Of a stretch of DNA of 64,000 bases, positions 41,961 through 55,600 are shown in pieces. Positions within the stretch are counted from its first letter, which is position 1. Each line of letters begins with the position of its first letter. Below the pieces are notes generated by a model that saw nothing but the letters and a program-made list of their open reading frames with translations, did not search any database and was not told where the DNA came from. This DNA comes from the human T2T-CHM13v2.0 reference genome, Homo sapiens: the NCBI RefSeq assembly GCF_009914755.1, contig NC_060938.1; one strand, given 5' to 3'. A program made the position numbers and the translations under genes.

Positions 41961-44132
41961 CATGACCAAAAACACCTCCCATGATGCCCCTTTTCCAACA
42001 TTTCAACATGAAATTTGGTGGGGACATATACTCAAACTGTATCATTCTGCCCCAGCCCCCCCAAACTCATGTCCTTCTTACATTGCCAAATACAATCATG
42101 CCTTCCCAACAGTCTCCCAAATCTTAGCTCATTCTAGCATTAACTCAAAATCCAAAATCTTATCTGAGATAAGATTTCATCTATGAGCCTGTAAAATAAG
42201 ATTAAAAAGTTACTGACTTCCAAGATACAATGGGGATATAGGCATTGGGTAAACATTCCCATACCAAAAGATGGAAATGGGCCAAACAAAGGGGGCTACA
42301 TGCCCCACACAAATCTGAAACCCAGCAGGGCAGTCATTAAATCTTAAAGCTCCAGAATAATATACTTTGACCCCATGTCCCACATCCAAGACAAACTGGT
42401 GCAGGGCTCCCAAAGCCTTGGGCAGCTCTGCCCCTGTGCCTTTGCAAGGTGCAGTCCCTGAGGTTATTCTCATGGGCTAGAGTTGTGGGCCTGCAGCTTT
42501 TCCAGGTTCACAGTGCATGCTGCCAGTGGCTCTACCACTTGCATTTGGAGGATGCATTTGGAGGATGCAAGAGGTTCTACCACTTGCATTTGGAGGATGA
42601 TGGCCTTCTTCCACAACTCCACTAGTGAGTTTTCCAGTGGGGACTCTTTGTGGGGCCTCTAAACCCGCATTTTTCCTCTGCAGTGCCCTAGTACAGGTTC
42701 TCTATGATTAGTCAGCTCCTGCAGCAGGCTTCTGCCTGGACACACAGGCTTTTCCAACATCCTCCGAAATCTAGGTGGAAGCTGCCAATAATCTACCACT
42801 CTTGCACTCTGTGCACCTGTAGGCTTAATACCACATGGAAGCTTCCAAGGCTTATTTATGGCTTATGTTCTCCAAAGTAGCAGTCCAAGCTGTACCTGGG
42901 TCCCTTTTAGCCATGGCTATAGCTGGTGCAGCTGAGATGTGGGAAGCATTGTCCCAAAGCTGTGCAGGCAGTGGGGACCTGGGCCTGACCTCCAAAGCCA
43001 TTCGTTCCTCCTAGCCCCAGGACTTGTGATGGGAGGGGCTGCCATGAAGGTCTCTGAAATGCCTTTGAGGCCTTTTCCCCACTGTCTTGGATATTAGCAC
43101 TTGGATCCCTTTCACCTATGCAAATATCTCTAGCAAGTAATTGCTCTACAAGCCTGCTTGTATTCCTCTCACCAGAAATCTTTTTCTTTCTTTGCCACGG
43201 GGCTAGACTGCAGATTTTCCAAATCTTTCTGCTCTGCTTCCTGTTTAAATATAAGTTCCAAATTTCAGTCTTTTTTTTTTTTTTTTTTTTTTTTTGCTTT
43301 TGCATCTGAGCATGGGTTGTTAGAAGCAGCCAGGCCACATCTTGAATGTTCTGCTGCTTAGAAATTTCTTCTGCCAGATACCCTACGTCATCAATCTCAA
43401 ATTCAAACTTCTACAAATCCCTAGGGTATAAACAGAATGCAAACAAATTATTTACTAAGGCATAACACACATGACTTTTGCTCCAGTTCCTAGTAAGATT
43501 TTCATGTCCATCTGAGTCCTCGTTAGCCTGGATTTCACTGTTTATATCACTATCAGCATTTTGGTCACAACCAATAAATCAGTCTCAAAGAAGCTGCAAA
43601 CTTTTTCTCATGTTCCTACCTTCTTTTCAGACTTCCAAACTCTTCCAAACACTCCCTGTTATCCAGTCCCAAAGCTGCTTCCAAATTTTCACATATCTTT
43701 GTAGCAATACTCCACTCCTGAGTACAAGTTTTCTGTATTAGGCCATTCTTGCATGGCTATATAAATACCTGAGACTGAGTCATTTATAAGAAGAGAGATT
43801 CATTTGGCTCATGGTTCTGCAGGCTGTACAGAAAGCATAGTGGCATCTGATTATAGGGAGGCCTCAGGAAGCTTCCAATCATGGCAGAAGGCAAAGAGAG
43901 ATCAGGCACATTATATGGTAAGAGTAGGAGCATGAGACAGAGTAGGGAGGGAGGCACTACACTTTACAACAACCAGATCTTGTGAGATAACTCACTCACT
44001 ATTGCAAGGACAGCACCAAGACATGACAGATCAATCCCATGAGCAAAACACCTTTCACCAGGCCCCACTTTCAACACCGGGGATTACATTTTAACATGAG
44101 ATTTGGGGGAGACATATATTCAAACCATGTAA
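41960..44132 (-). mobile_element. MST-type MaLR element with truncated 3' LTR
   Basis: Complete LTR at 43734-44132; internal region 42045-43733; only ~85 bp of the second LTR (41960-42044). Confidence 0.87.
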
Positions 44133-45005
44133 TTTATATTTGACCCAACTTCTATCTGTGCTGAACAGCAGAGTGAATTCTATAAGTTTTGCTACTGGCA
44201 TTTTCATATTTAATAGAATTGCTTTCTGTCCTTCTGCCATATATGGAATTCACAAATTTCTTATCCCCCAATTGATCTTGTTATCAAATTAGATCTTTTC
44301 ATAATTCATGTGTTAACAACTTCAAATTCCAGTCACACAATTACTTGTCCTCCACACTTCTAATGAATTATGCCACCAGCCTACTGTTTCAGCCACATTA
44401 TCTTATGACCACAACCTACACATTTACATTGCTGCTAAGTGGTCTACCTCAGATATTTTAATAAGCTACCAACTGACATCAAATTCCAGGATGCTGCAAT
44501 CATTTCTTCCCATTAAACTTACTATTGTTTTATTTTAATCTTCAGTTCCTTTTCCATTTCATTTTATTCTAACCCATAAACTACCATAATATCACACATC
44601 TTTCCTTTTCAGTGTGATACATTGTATTATTTCCAGTTATTTACTCCCTTCCTAAAAGATCTTTATATTTCTTATGTTTGCCAATCCTCAGTGTAGAAGA
44701 TGAGAGCCTATGTCATGGTCAAGGTTGATCATGTGAAATTGCTTCCTTTGACCAATGGAATGTCAGTAGACATGACCAATACCAATTTAGGGAAAATTTT
44801 TAAAAGAAGACAGGAGAAGTAGAACAGAGACAAATACAGTAAATGCTGACCTGCATATCTGTCAGCAAAGAATAAAGCCTGTTGCCATTAGACACTGAGA
44901 TTTTAGGGTTGTTGCCGAAAGAAAAGCCGATTCATATATCTGTGACTGAGTATCTCTTACTATCATCCTCTTTCCCAAACCCCTTGTTTTTTCTGCCTCA
45001 CAAGC

Positions 45006-45007
45006 AA

Positions 45008-45041
<34 letters not shown>

Positions 45042-45164
45042 TATTCACAAGCTATATATATATATATTCACAAGCTATATATATATATTTATATATATAT
45101 TCACAAGCCATATATATATATGTGTATATATATATACATATATATATACATATATACATATATA

Positions 45165-45197
<33 letters not shown>
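45006..45197. repeat. Poly(A) plus (TA)n/(TACA)n low-complexity tract
   Basis: Seen directly; includes three TATATTCACAAGC units. Confidence 0.93.
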
Positions 45198-45199
<2 letters not shown>

Positions 45200-47171
45200 C
45201 CTTCAGAAGGCCTCTTTCCTAAAACATGCTTGTTCCCAAACTGGAATCAGTTCATGTTCTAAGAGCTTCTGATAACAATTATATAAAATTTATACTTTGT
45301 TGCCATTATACATTCTCAATCTCCACATACCTGATCTCTCAAAGCAACACATTAATCTGTTCCCTTATCCTTGATCAGCAACTTTATATCCTCAATTGCT
45401 ATTTCAGATGTCCTTCCCTGAAGTCTCCTACCCAGTCAAGGGACTGTTCTTTCTCAGCAGATTGCGTTGTGTCCATCTTCATATATATGTTAGCGATCAC
45501 TTAGGCATATATTTACATCTGCATTTACTCTTTTCCTCTTTCTTCCCATCTCTGGATTTCATATCACTTTTCCAGTTCGAGAGTAATTTAACTGTTCATG
45601 TTTTATCTAGTTACTACCTCGTTTTACTTCTTGGATTTTGATAAAACTGTTATCCTCTCTGTCTACTGAATTATAACTAGTTCATCCTTATACCTAATCT
45701 GTCCATTCTAACACACCCAACATGTTGAGAGTGTGATACGTTCTTGTTCCTCCCCTCTCAATGACACCTCAACCCCCTTCATTCTGATTTTATCTCCTAA
45801 CTTTCACTGAAGCCATTTTGATAAATAGCGATTAGTTCAGACTTTTAACTTTCTGAACATGACAGTTTTATTTTTATTTATTCAAATGCAGAGTTCTTCC
45901 TTTGGTTATTTAATTTATGTATGATTAATAAATGAATGGATTTTTATAATTTATTGGATTACTAATACAGATGTATCTCATGATTATTAAGTAGGTTTAG
46001 TTAGACTTTTTTAGGAAGCTCTAAAATTTCCAAAACTGTTTGTAAGCATGATTTGAGTAGGGATAAGTAATTTTACTTTAAACCATTAGAAAAATTTTCC
46101 TAAGAACAAAATGCCTATAATGAGACTTGAAGGATAAAAAAAAAAAGTTAAGTGGACACACAAAGAAAAGGTCATTTCATGCAAAGAGAAAAACATGGGT
46201 AAAATTGTACCCAATAATGGTGGGGAGTTCAAAGTGTCTAGAGCACCCAGTGGAGATAGTAAGGGAAGTGGCAAATTAGGAGTTAAGATAATATTTGATC
46301 ACCATAGATTTCATTACTAAAGAGCTTGCCAAAGTTTTAGGTGATGCCCTGTAGTAAATTGGAAGTCATTGTAAGAGATTTTTGAAAGTATATTTCATGA
46401 ATGGTTTATTTTTTAGCAGTGGTCCTCTGTAGATGAAGCATGCAGGCTTGATTGTAGAGAAAAAAGCTTGATAGCAGTGAGGATGCAGGATGTTTGGTAT
46501 AATACTGTGGAAAGATCCCTTAAAGAAGAAGTAAGTTGTGATAAGAGGGACAGACTATATATGAGGAATGATAGTTGGTGCTCAGGGCTCTTTTGCTTTG
46601 GAGGATGGAAAAAATGCAATGAAGATCACGTGTGTGTGTATGTGTGTGTGTTTTTGTGTGTGTATAAAACATATTGTATTATGTAATATTATATTAGTGT
46701 TAGGAATGTCAGCAAAGGGAAAATCCCAATGCAATAAAAAGTTTTACAAATGTGCCTCATAAAAAAATGCCTAAAATTTTTTTCTGAGAATATCCTATTG
46801 TATTCTTTCCCTGAGTCTAAAACTGAAACAAACTAATATTTATTCCTGCATTACACAATGCTGAAATTGGTTACATTTTCCTTTTGCTATGCTAAATAAT
46901 ACTGAGAATAGCAAAAACAATAATAATAACAATAAGAAAACCTACTTGCTCCATAAAATGAATGCTCCTAGAAAACTATGAAGCAAATAAAATAACTTAC
47001 TAAAAAAATGCAACCAAGCATTTCAAGTCTTCAGTCTTCCTGTTTAATACAAAGCCATTATATCATATACTTTGACCAAAGCCAAACATTTTCCTGACTT
47101 AGAAGATCCACCCATAATCACTCAGTGCAGGTTTTGAGACACTACTAAATCTCGGTCAAGATTGTGTTCTA

Positions 47172-47455
47172 AGCTGGGCAAGGTGGCTCATGCCTGTAAT
47201 CCCAGCACTTTGGGAAGCTGAAGCAGGAGGATTGCTTGAGCTCAGGAGTTTGAGACAAGTCTGGGCAACATAGTAAGACCCTGTCTCTATGAAAAAAATG
47301 CAAAAAGTTAACCAGGCATGATGGTGTGTCCCTATAGTCCCAGCCACTCTGAAGGCTGGGATAGGAGTACCATGTGAGCTTGAGCGATCAAGACTGCAGT
47401 GAGCTGTGACTATGCCACTGCACTCCAGCCTGTGCTACAGAGCAAGACTCTATGT

Positions 47456-47526
<71 letters not shown>

Positions 47527-47544
47527 AAAAAGAAAAAGAAAAAA
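47172..47544 (+). mobile_element. AluJ with very long A-tail
   Basis: Diverged dimer with GGATTGCTTGAGCTCAGGAG; 55 uninterrupted A at 47457-47511, then a GA-rich tail. Confidence 0.92.
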
Positions 47545-48228
47545 TGGAGTTTTACCTTACTCTAGTAAGTGTAATAAATGTAGATTTGCTTCATAAGTAA
47601 AATTTTCTGGAGGTCTTTTGGAAGTTGACAGTTGACCGAACTTCAATTTATATATAGATGCCAGTAGTGTATTTAGCAGTACTATTATTATTGATTTATA
47701 TTCAGTTAGTGCTGAGAAACATTCACAAGATACATTATTTCAAACAGAAATACACTAGCTTTGGAATAATCAATTTTTAGGACATTGGAAGCTAAATCAT
47801 CAGAAAGAATATAGCTTTGAAGATGGTCTCCCTTCTCTGTCAATGGGATCTATGAGGAATGACTCTGTGTCTTTCATATTCACTGCATCTCTTATCTTGA
47901 CCGGGACATGGTAGGGATTAAATAAATAATTGAATAACAAAAATGAACCAATGAAGCCATTAGCATCCTAGTGAGTGACTTTAATACAGAATCCATAGAC
48001 AGTGTTCCTTTATATTTAAAGTTGTAAGACAACTGATTTCAGGAGATAATTATATGATATGTAGTTAGGCATTTACTAGTGACAAATTGCTCAATGGTTA
48101 CCTGGTTTTCATAGAGTTGGGGGAGGAGTTGACCTTGGAAGGCTGTATTACATATAGGTAATATAATCTACCTATTGTAAAATAATCATACTCTTTCAAT
48201 ATGTTAGTCATTATAAGCAGGCCTTTTT

Positions 48229-48528
<300 letters not shown>

Positions 48529-51500
48529 ATAAGCAGGCCTTTTTAAAGTAAGCTGTTATAACAGAGACTAGTAAACATTGTCTCAAGGTCCAACTATGTA
48601 AGTACTTATAGTATTGACAAGTAGAAAAATAATTTACCTTGAAGGATAGTAGTTTCTATTGAGAAATTTCTTTGATGGAGAGTAAGGGACATTGGCGGAG
48701 CCTAAATGGAGAGGGGGAAATTAAGGAGGACTACATTTCTTTGCATAAGAAATAGAACATTTCGTTAGTTTCCATAATTTTTTTTTTCACTATAAAAAAG
48801 GAAGAGAGAAAAAGGAAGAAAAAACAACCAAAAAGGTGTCATGAGGACAGACACTATTTGAGCAGGCATGACAAGTAAGTAGTTGTCAGTGAAGACTTGG
48901 AGAAAACCCAACTACTTTTAGAATAACAAATGCTGTTATTCAGTATTACGTAGATTCTATTTTGGGGATAATTGTTACCATTTTCTAAAATATTCAATAA
49001 ACTATGCAGAACACACAAATGCCACAAGAGTTTGTATGTGTGTGATATGAACAGGCAGCTTTACATCCAAGTATATATATAGTGGAAAACATGGGTGGTG
49101 TATGAAACTGATTCACCAAGTGAATGCATTTGGTGGAAGGAGAAATTCTGAGCAACAGATAATTATGAGGATGTAAGCCACAAAAGCTGTTTACCCTAAT
49201 CTTGAGACAGAGGTGGGTGGATGTATGATATTGTCATATAATTTTTGTGCCATATAGAATGTGGGTTTAAGTCAATATCATGGATAACTTAACAGTAGGG
49301 TGACATTAGATAACAGCTGAGCTAAAATTAAAATGAAAACAAAATTACAAAATTAAAAAAAACTACAAAATATCTCCACATATAGAACATGCTAAAAGTA
49401 ATACTACCATACATTATTTGTAGGTAATATATAAAAATGTTTCCTCATCCTATACAAACTTAGTCAAAATTAGAGAATTGAATATAGTCCATCTATAGCA
49501 TATTATTAGTGATTATTTATGATAATCTCATATTATAAAACATAGTATCTAATAATTCAGTTTCATGTTTACCTGCTGATAATTTGTGGGGTTTTTGCAC
49601 ATGTAAAATGTCTTTTAAGATGCAGATTTCATGGAAGAATGCAAAATGAAGAATTATACATTGAAATTCCCATATTCAAGCAGGCTATGATCTTTATATA
49701 TTTTGCTATCTTGAAACATATGACTCCACCATTAAACATGAAATTCTACACCATCAAATACCATTTATTGAATACTCTCATTTTCTTATGTGCTTAGGCT
49801 CTTCAGTAAATATTTCATTCACATCAATCCATTTGTAAATCTAAATGTTTAAAATCTATTTTCACAGCCAGTAGGCTACACCAAAGCCAGAAAAATAACA
49901 TGTTAATTTATTTTTAAAGGATGACAGACAAAATGGGGTATAAAGAAAGAAAGAGAAGAGAATAAAGAGAGTAAGAGAGAGAGAAGGAAGGAGAGAAGGT
50001 CTTTGTGTTGAAGACCAGATATGTGAGGGGATTAGACACATTTTGGATATGTGATTACATTAATTTCAATGATAAATTATTAAAATAACACCTCTCAGTT
50101 TCTCTTTATAGTAGGTTGAAATTTCCACGTCATCCACTTGTAAGCCTCAGAATGGATTACTTATGAGTCTGAAATGGCCAATAATAATTAATTTTTCCAT
50201 TTTAAAGCCAGTTATTTTATCCATATTTTGGAAATAGAAATGAGTAAAAACAAACAAAAAGCTACAATTTTTAAATCGTAACATTTTGGATTAAAATCCA
50301 AATGAATAACCCTGGATTTAGTCACAAAGAGAGCATTGCTTTTTTAGCACTTTGTTTTGAACATTCTTCCTCTAGAAGAGTAAGCTACTCTTTCCGTGGC
50401 AGAACACTACATGACATGATTCTTTAAATTGAATGCATCCTCAGGATCACTGGGCAGTCCCATCCAATGCTATAAGAGCAAGATTCCTTGATGAGAGATT
50501 TTGGGACATACCCTTCCCTAAATTTCACAGCAGCTTGAAAGCAAGATAGGAATCAGTCTAATTTACAAAAGATTTGTAAATATTATACATGTGTTTAAGT
50601 TACATTAAATTTCAAGGAGAATAATTTAAGAAATCTGTACACACCTTGTCCTTAATTATGGAAAATATGACTTCAAAATTATAAAAAGTGAAAAAAATGA
50701 TATCTGTGTATGCTTATTTACCTTTTATGTGATAAAAGGAAGAAAAGACTACAGTTAATGATACTAAAAGACAATAAACTTTTCATTATTATTATAACAT
50801 ATATATGGGATAATGTTGAAGCAAAGAGTTTATAGGCAACAAAAATGTATTTGAATTAGTGAATAGGAAGATTACCTGTAGTTATTTTAGCTGGGGATAA
50901 AATAGTTAAAGGCTATGTGTTGACATCTAAAAATTAGATGCTTACCTGGGGAAAACTTGCTATTTTGCTTCTTATAAGTAAATGCATTTTTGTAAACCAC
51001 AAGAAAAATTTTTTTAGGTCCTAAAATTAGAAATAATGACCTGTGAATATCCTCCTATCTGACAATTCAAGTGTTTCTATCTTGATAAAAGTCTTATTCC
51101 TTACACTAATGTTACACAATGAAATGAATTATAATCACTTTTAACCTTGGCCTACATTCATCAAATGGTAAACCTGGGGGTAAAAGGTTCTATATCCCGT
51201 TTCTGATACTTCCAATTAGAATCATCTAATGAGCTAAACCATTTTTCTCTTTAAAATGTCCCAAAAGATGTAAAATGTTCTTGTGCTTATAGTAATTTAA
51301 ATTTTATTTTAAGCAATCAAAAGAAATTTGCTCTGTGAGCAGCTTTTAAAATTTGGCTAGAGGCCTCTGCTTCAGGGAACAAGCAGTCTCTTTCCAACTC
51401 TCTTTTACTGGAGTGATTTTCCCTTTCAACCTGTGCCTTTTGGCCCAGTACAAATCAATGAACTCAAGACCCAATATACCATGTCTTAAAAATCCATTTG

Positions 51501-52634
51501 GAAAACAATTGCTCCATTCAAAGTTCATCTGCTTCCTTTATCAGAAATTGCTGGAAATGTAATTTTGCAGCAAGCATTTCATTTCTTGTCTTGAAATAGA
51601 TTGAAGTAAATGTAAAGTCAATGATTAGATAAATGCAATGTCTTGGGTTGATGCCACAATGCAATATTTGATGGTGTGGTCAGTACTGATGGATGTTTTG
51701 TATAGTTACTCAGCTGTATAATGGGATAAATTCCCATGACTCTATTTAAAATACCATGTGGCTCCTTTCAATTAATATTACCAAAAGTACTTTGGCACAA
51801 ATACAAAAGCATGAGGGATTCCTGCTGAGCATGCAAGTGCAGTAATCTTTGCTCTGTACAGAGATTCTTCTTTTTACAATAAACTGTATCTGTGTACAAT
51901 TTATTTACTGAGCCAGAGTGCATGGAGTAAATAACACTTTCAAGATTATTCTTCCTTCAGAAATCGCTTTTATTATTTTATAAATAGCCTTTGCAAAGGA
52001 ATCTCTTATACTATAGTTAAGAATTCAACCCTGATCAAGTAAGTGCATGCACGCATACACACACACACACACTAAATCCATAGAAACATGTTTGTTGTTT
52101 ATTTTAATGGCAAATAAATATATTTCTCTTTTCTATTCCCTAATATAAAGGTGCACATAATTCAATATGAAGTGGGGCATATCTTCCTCTAAGAGATATC
52201 TTCCTCTAAGAAGTGAGGCAAGAAAACAGGGTCTGGAGGCAGGAAACATAAAGCTGATTCACACTTCAGCTACGACAGGAAATGTTCTCTCCATAGTAAA
52301 TGACTTTGTAACTTTACTTCATCCTCCTCATTACATAGGGCATACCCCAAGTAACCAAAGGAATCCTCTAGAGGGTATTTAAACTCCCCAAAATTCTGTA
52401 ACGGGGCCCTTGACTGCCTATGCTTAGGCCTGCTCCCACGCAGTGGAAGGTACATTCATTTTCAGTAAAACCCTTCATTTCTTCCTTGCTTTGTTGGTGC
52501 GTTTTGTCCAATTCTTTGTTCACAACACCAAAAATCTCGACACCACGGGTGACAGCCAGGAGGAAAAGGTGAGCCCAAAGATTGGGATTTATTTTTCTCC
52601 TTTCTCCTTTTCCTTTCTGCTGTATACAGAGGAA

Positions 52635-52691
<57 letters not shown>

Positions 52692-52692
52692 T
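52635..52692. repeat. (CT)n microsatellite in the ERV leader
   Basis: Seen directly. Confidence 0.93.
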
Positions 52693-55600
52693 TTCCTTTT
52701 CAACCCAGGACCCTTGGTGGGCAGCGCCTAAACATGGAAGCAACTACAGGTTTCTGGCTGTGGCCGGTGAAACTAAGGGGTTTCCATGTGGAGAAGCCTG
52801 ACTGCCACTGCCCGGTTTGCTTAAGGGACCTGGGTCTTCTTCATTTCTTTTTTCCCTTCTTTCTTTTTCAGCATTTCAGCGGCTATTTACAATTGCCCTA
52901 TTCCAAAGGGAAAATGACTTTTTTTTTTAAATCTTTTCCATGCATGGTGCCTGATCCCTACATGCCGCACAGCTCAGAGCACACTCGCACATGTTTCAGA
53001 GGACTTAAACCTTCTTTTCTTATGCTAAATTCTTCCCTTAAGGTTCTCAACTGGCTAAGGACAAAGAGGCCCACCTGGCATCCAGGTCTTCTTATTATAG
53101 TTCATGGCTATTCTTGTAAAGCTCATAGTAGGCTCTGGAAGGGAAAACCTACATGTGGCGCCTGTGCCCACCTAAGGTCAGAGACGTCTGACACTCTAAG
53201 ATTGGACCCCCACAGAAGGATGCTCTGGGGGTCCTGCAGATTTCAACCTGCCCAAAGGGGATACTCTTGGCAGAGGTTCTGAGGTCCCGTACTAAGGCCT
53301 CCTTAGAATGTTCTCTCACAGTTGCAATGCTGTTTGGCCCCAACATTGTTTGGAATTTGGAGTTTACCGTTGAATGGGAAAGTGGAATGGTGTTGCATGT
53401 ATCCAGGCTTTCGTGCTATGATTCTAAGCAGGGCGTCTGGTTAACGTGTGATGCCCTCCTTTGATACTGTTTGGCCCCAGTGCTCCTTGGAGTCAGGGGA
53501 GGTTTGGCCTTTAAAACTCAAACTGCCATGGAGACTACTTTACCTGAAATTTTGGTTCACAGCCTTCATTGGATTATCGATTGGGGCAAAGTAAAACCGA
53601 GAAGCTTATATTGCTATCTCATGGCTAAGGTTCCAAGCTATTGGATCTTCGTTTATGTCTGTGTGTACATGTCTAGATGTGTTTATTTGTATGTACACTT
53701 GCTGTATGTTGTGTCTACCAAATTGGCTTATAAATAAAAGAGCGCTCATAAATTATGTAAATAAGTCTAAGCAATTTTCAAGTTCACGTGACTTAAAATA
53801 TAACTTTACTGAACAAGCTAGCTTTAAAATTCTTGGTGGAATAAAAACAAAAATGCCTTCAGAATTGTCAGCGTACCTTTTGTCTGAATGTTATGTTTGT
53901 CTTTCCTAGATATTTTAAAATGTGAGTGTTAATTTAAGCTGGGAGCTCCTTGGGGCGAGCCTGCCTTCCGTTCTATTCAAAGTCTCACTGAGATAAATGC
54001 GTATCTGATTGCTTCCTTTGGAAAGGTTAATCAGAAACCCAAAATTATGCAACCATTTGTCTCCAGCCTACCTATGATCTGAAAGCCCTCAATCCTGCTC
54101 CTCACCTCGAGGTGTCCTGCCTTTCTGGATGAAACCAATGTTCATTTTACATATGTTGGTTGATGTCTCATGTCTCCTTTATTAAAAGTAAAAATTAAGT
54201 ACAGTGAATGGGATTAATGTTTTAGGTAAACTTTCTGTGTAAAATTAAATCTTAAAGTTACTTTTGATGCTCATTTATTATCTGGGTCATTTCCAATTAA
54301 GAAGGGGTTGTTATATGGGGAAATACGTTTCTAAAATTGTGGAACTGTACTTATCTATAAATGTCCATATGTGATAGTTCAGGATTTCTTGCTTTCTAGG
54401 GTTTCACAAGTTTTAGGTTACTAAGTATAAGAATTCTAGTTAACACATAATTCTGTATACAACATGTGCCAGGAAGGGTTATGTTACTAGTGAAAAAAAA
54501 GAGAATAATTTTGTCTAATTGTGGAGTTACCTAAAAGTTAGTTCAAACTATAGATTTGAAAAGGTTATTTATGAAACAATGTAGTAAGGAACCATTAAGT
54601 AGGGGAGAAAGATATGGAAAAAGTTTAAATAATAAAATATTCTTAAAATCTTGATAAAGAATCAGAGACATTTGGCTTCTTAACATTTTCATAGTTAAAG
54701 CTCTTAGTCTTAATTAAAGTAAAATAAGAAGTGTTGTAAAAAATGCATTGGCAGTTTGGCAATTCTTTTTTAAATATAGTTAAGCCTGAAGCTGGATTTA
54801 GTGTAAAGCCAAATTTCACATACATGCTTGCATTGCTTCATACTATGTTTACTGTTTTGCATGTATAGAGCATGCAATAAGAGGTACTTATTGCTAATGT
54901 GCCTAAAATGAATTTCTTAATTGCACAGGATATATAATAATATTGGTGAACTTAAGGATATTAAATTGTGTATCAGGAATAAAATATTCATTATGTGGGT
55001 TTTGGGGGGACCAAGGTAATACTGTGGCCTCCAGAGTAAATTAAGTAAGAAAATTTAGGATTGGTTTCCTGTTTATTTGTTTTGCTTCTAGTTTTTGTTC
55101 GTTTGCTGTTTATTCTCCTCTGGCTTTGCTTGTGTATGCATATATGGATAAAACTATGATGTTTTTTAGTTTCTGGTGGAAGACTTTTATTTGGTTCTGT
55201 GAATACTTATTTTGTTTCCTATGTATTTCTAGCAGTCATCATTCATTCCATTTATCTAGAATTCCTAAGCTACCTGTATTGGGACAGCAGGAATTAATGG
55301 AGCACACCAGCTTTCTATCTTTAAACTAACTTTTTGAATTTTAGGCTTCCTTATACTTTAAGTGTGTTGAGTTTACTTTCATAAATAGAATTGGAGTCAT
55401 ATTTCTCTCTCTGCCTGGTTTCTCTAAAATTTGTAAACTATTTGTGAATATTCTTAATTCATGGCAATGTGTTTGTTTGTATACTGTCAAGCAGGCTCTC
55501 CAGGGCTGCTCAGGGGGAGAGAACCCAGAAACCTGGCATGCTGGCAAAACAGCAAGAATTTCTTACCACTCAGTCTTTCTCTCTATGCAACTGGTTAAAT

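Noticed and set aside
44882-45262. 126-aa ORF
   Set aside because: The frame stays open only because it crosses poly(A) and (TA)n tracts.
52214-52554. p53 response element as reported for some MER61 subfamilies
   Set aside because: I see no pair of RRRCWWGYYY half-sites; the nearest sequence is GGGCATACCCC.
52443-53282. 279-aa ORF
   Set aside because: It starts in the LTR, runs through a (CT)n tract (SLSLSL) and the ERV leader, and has no recognisable gag or other domain.
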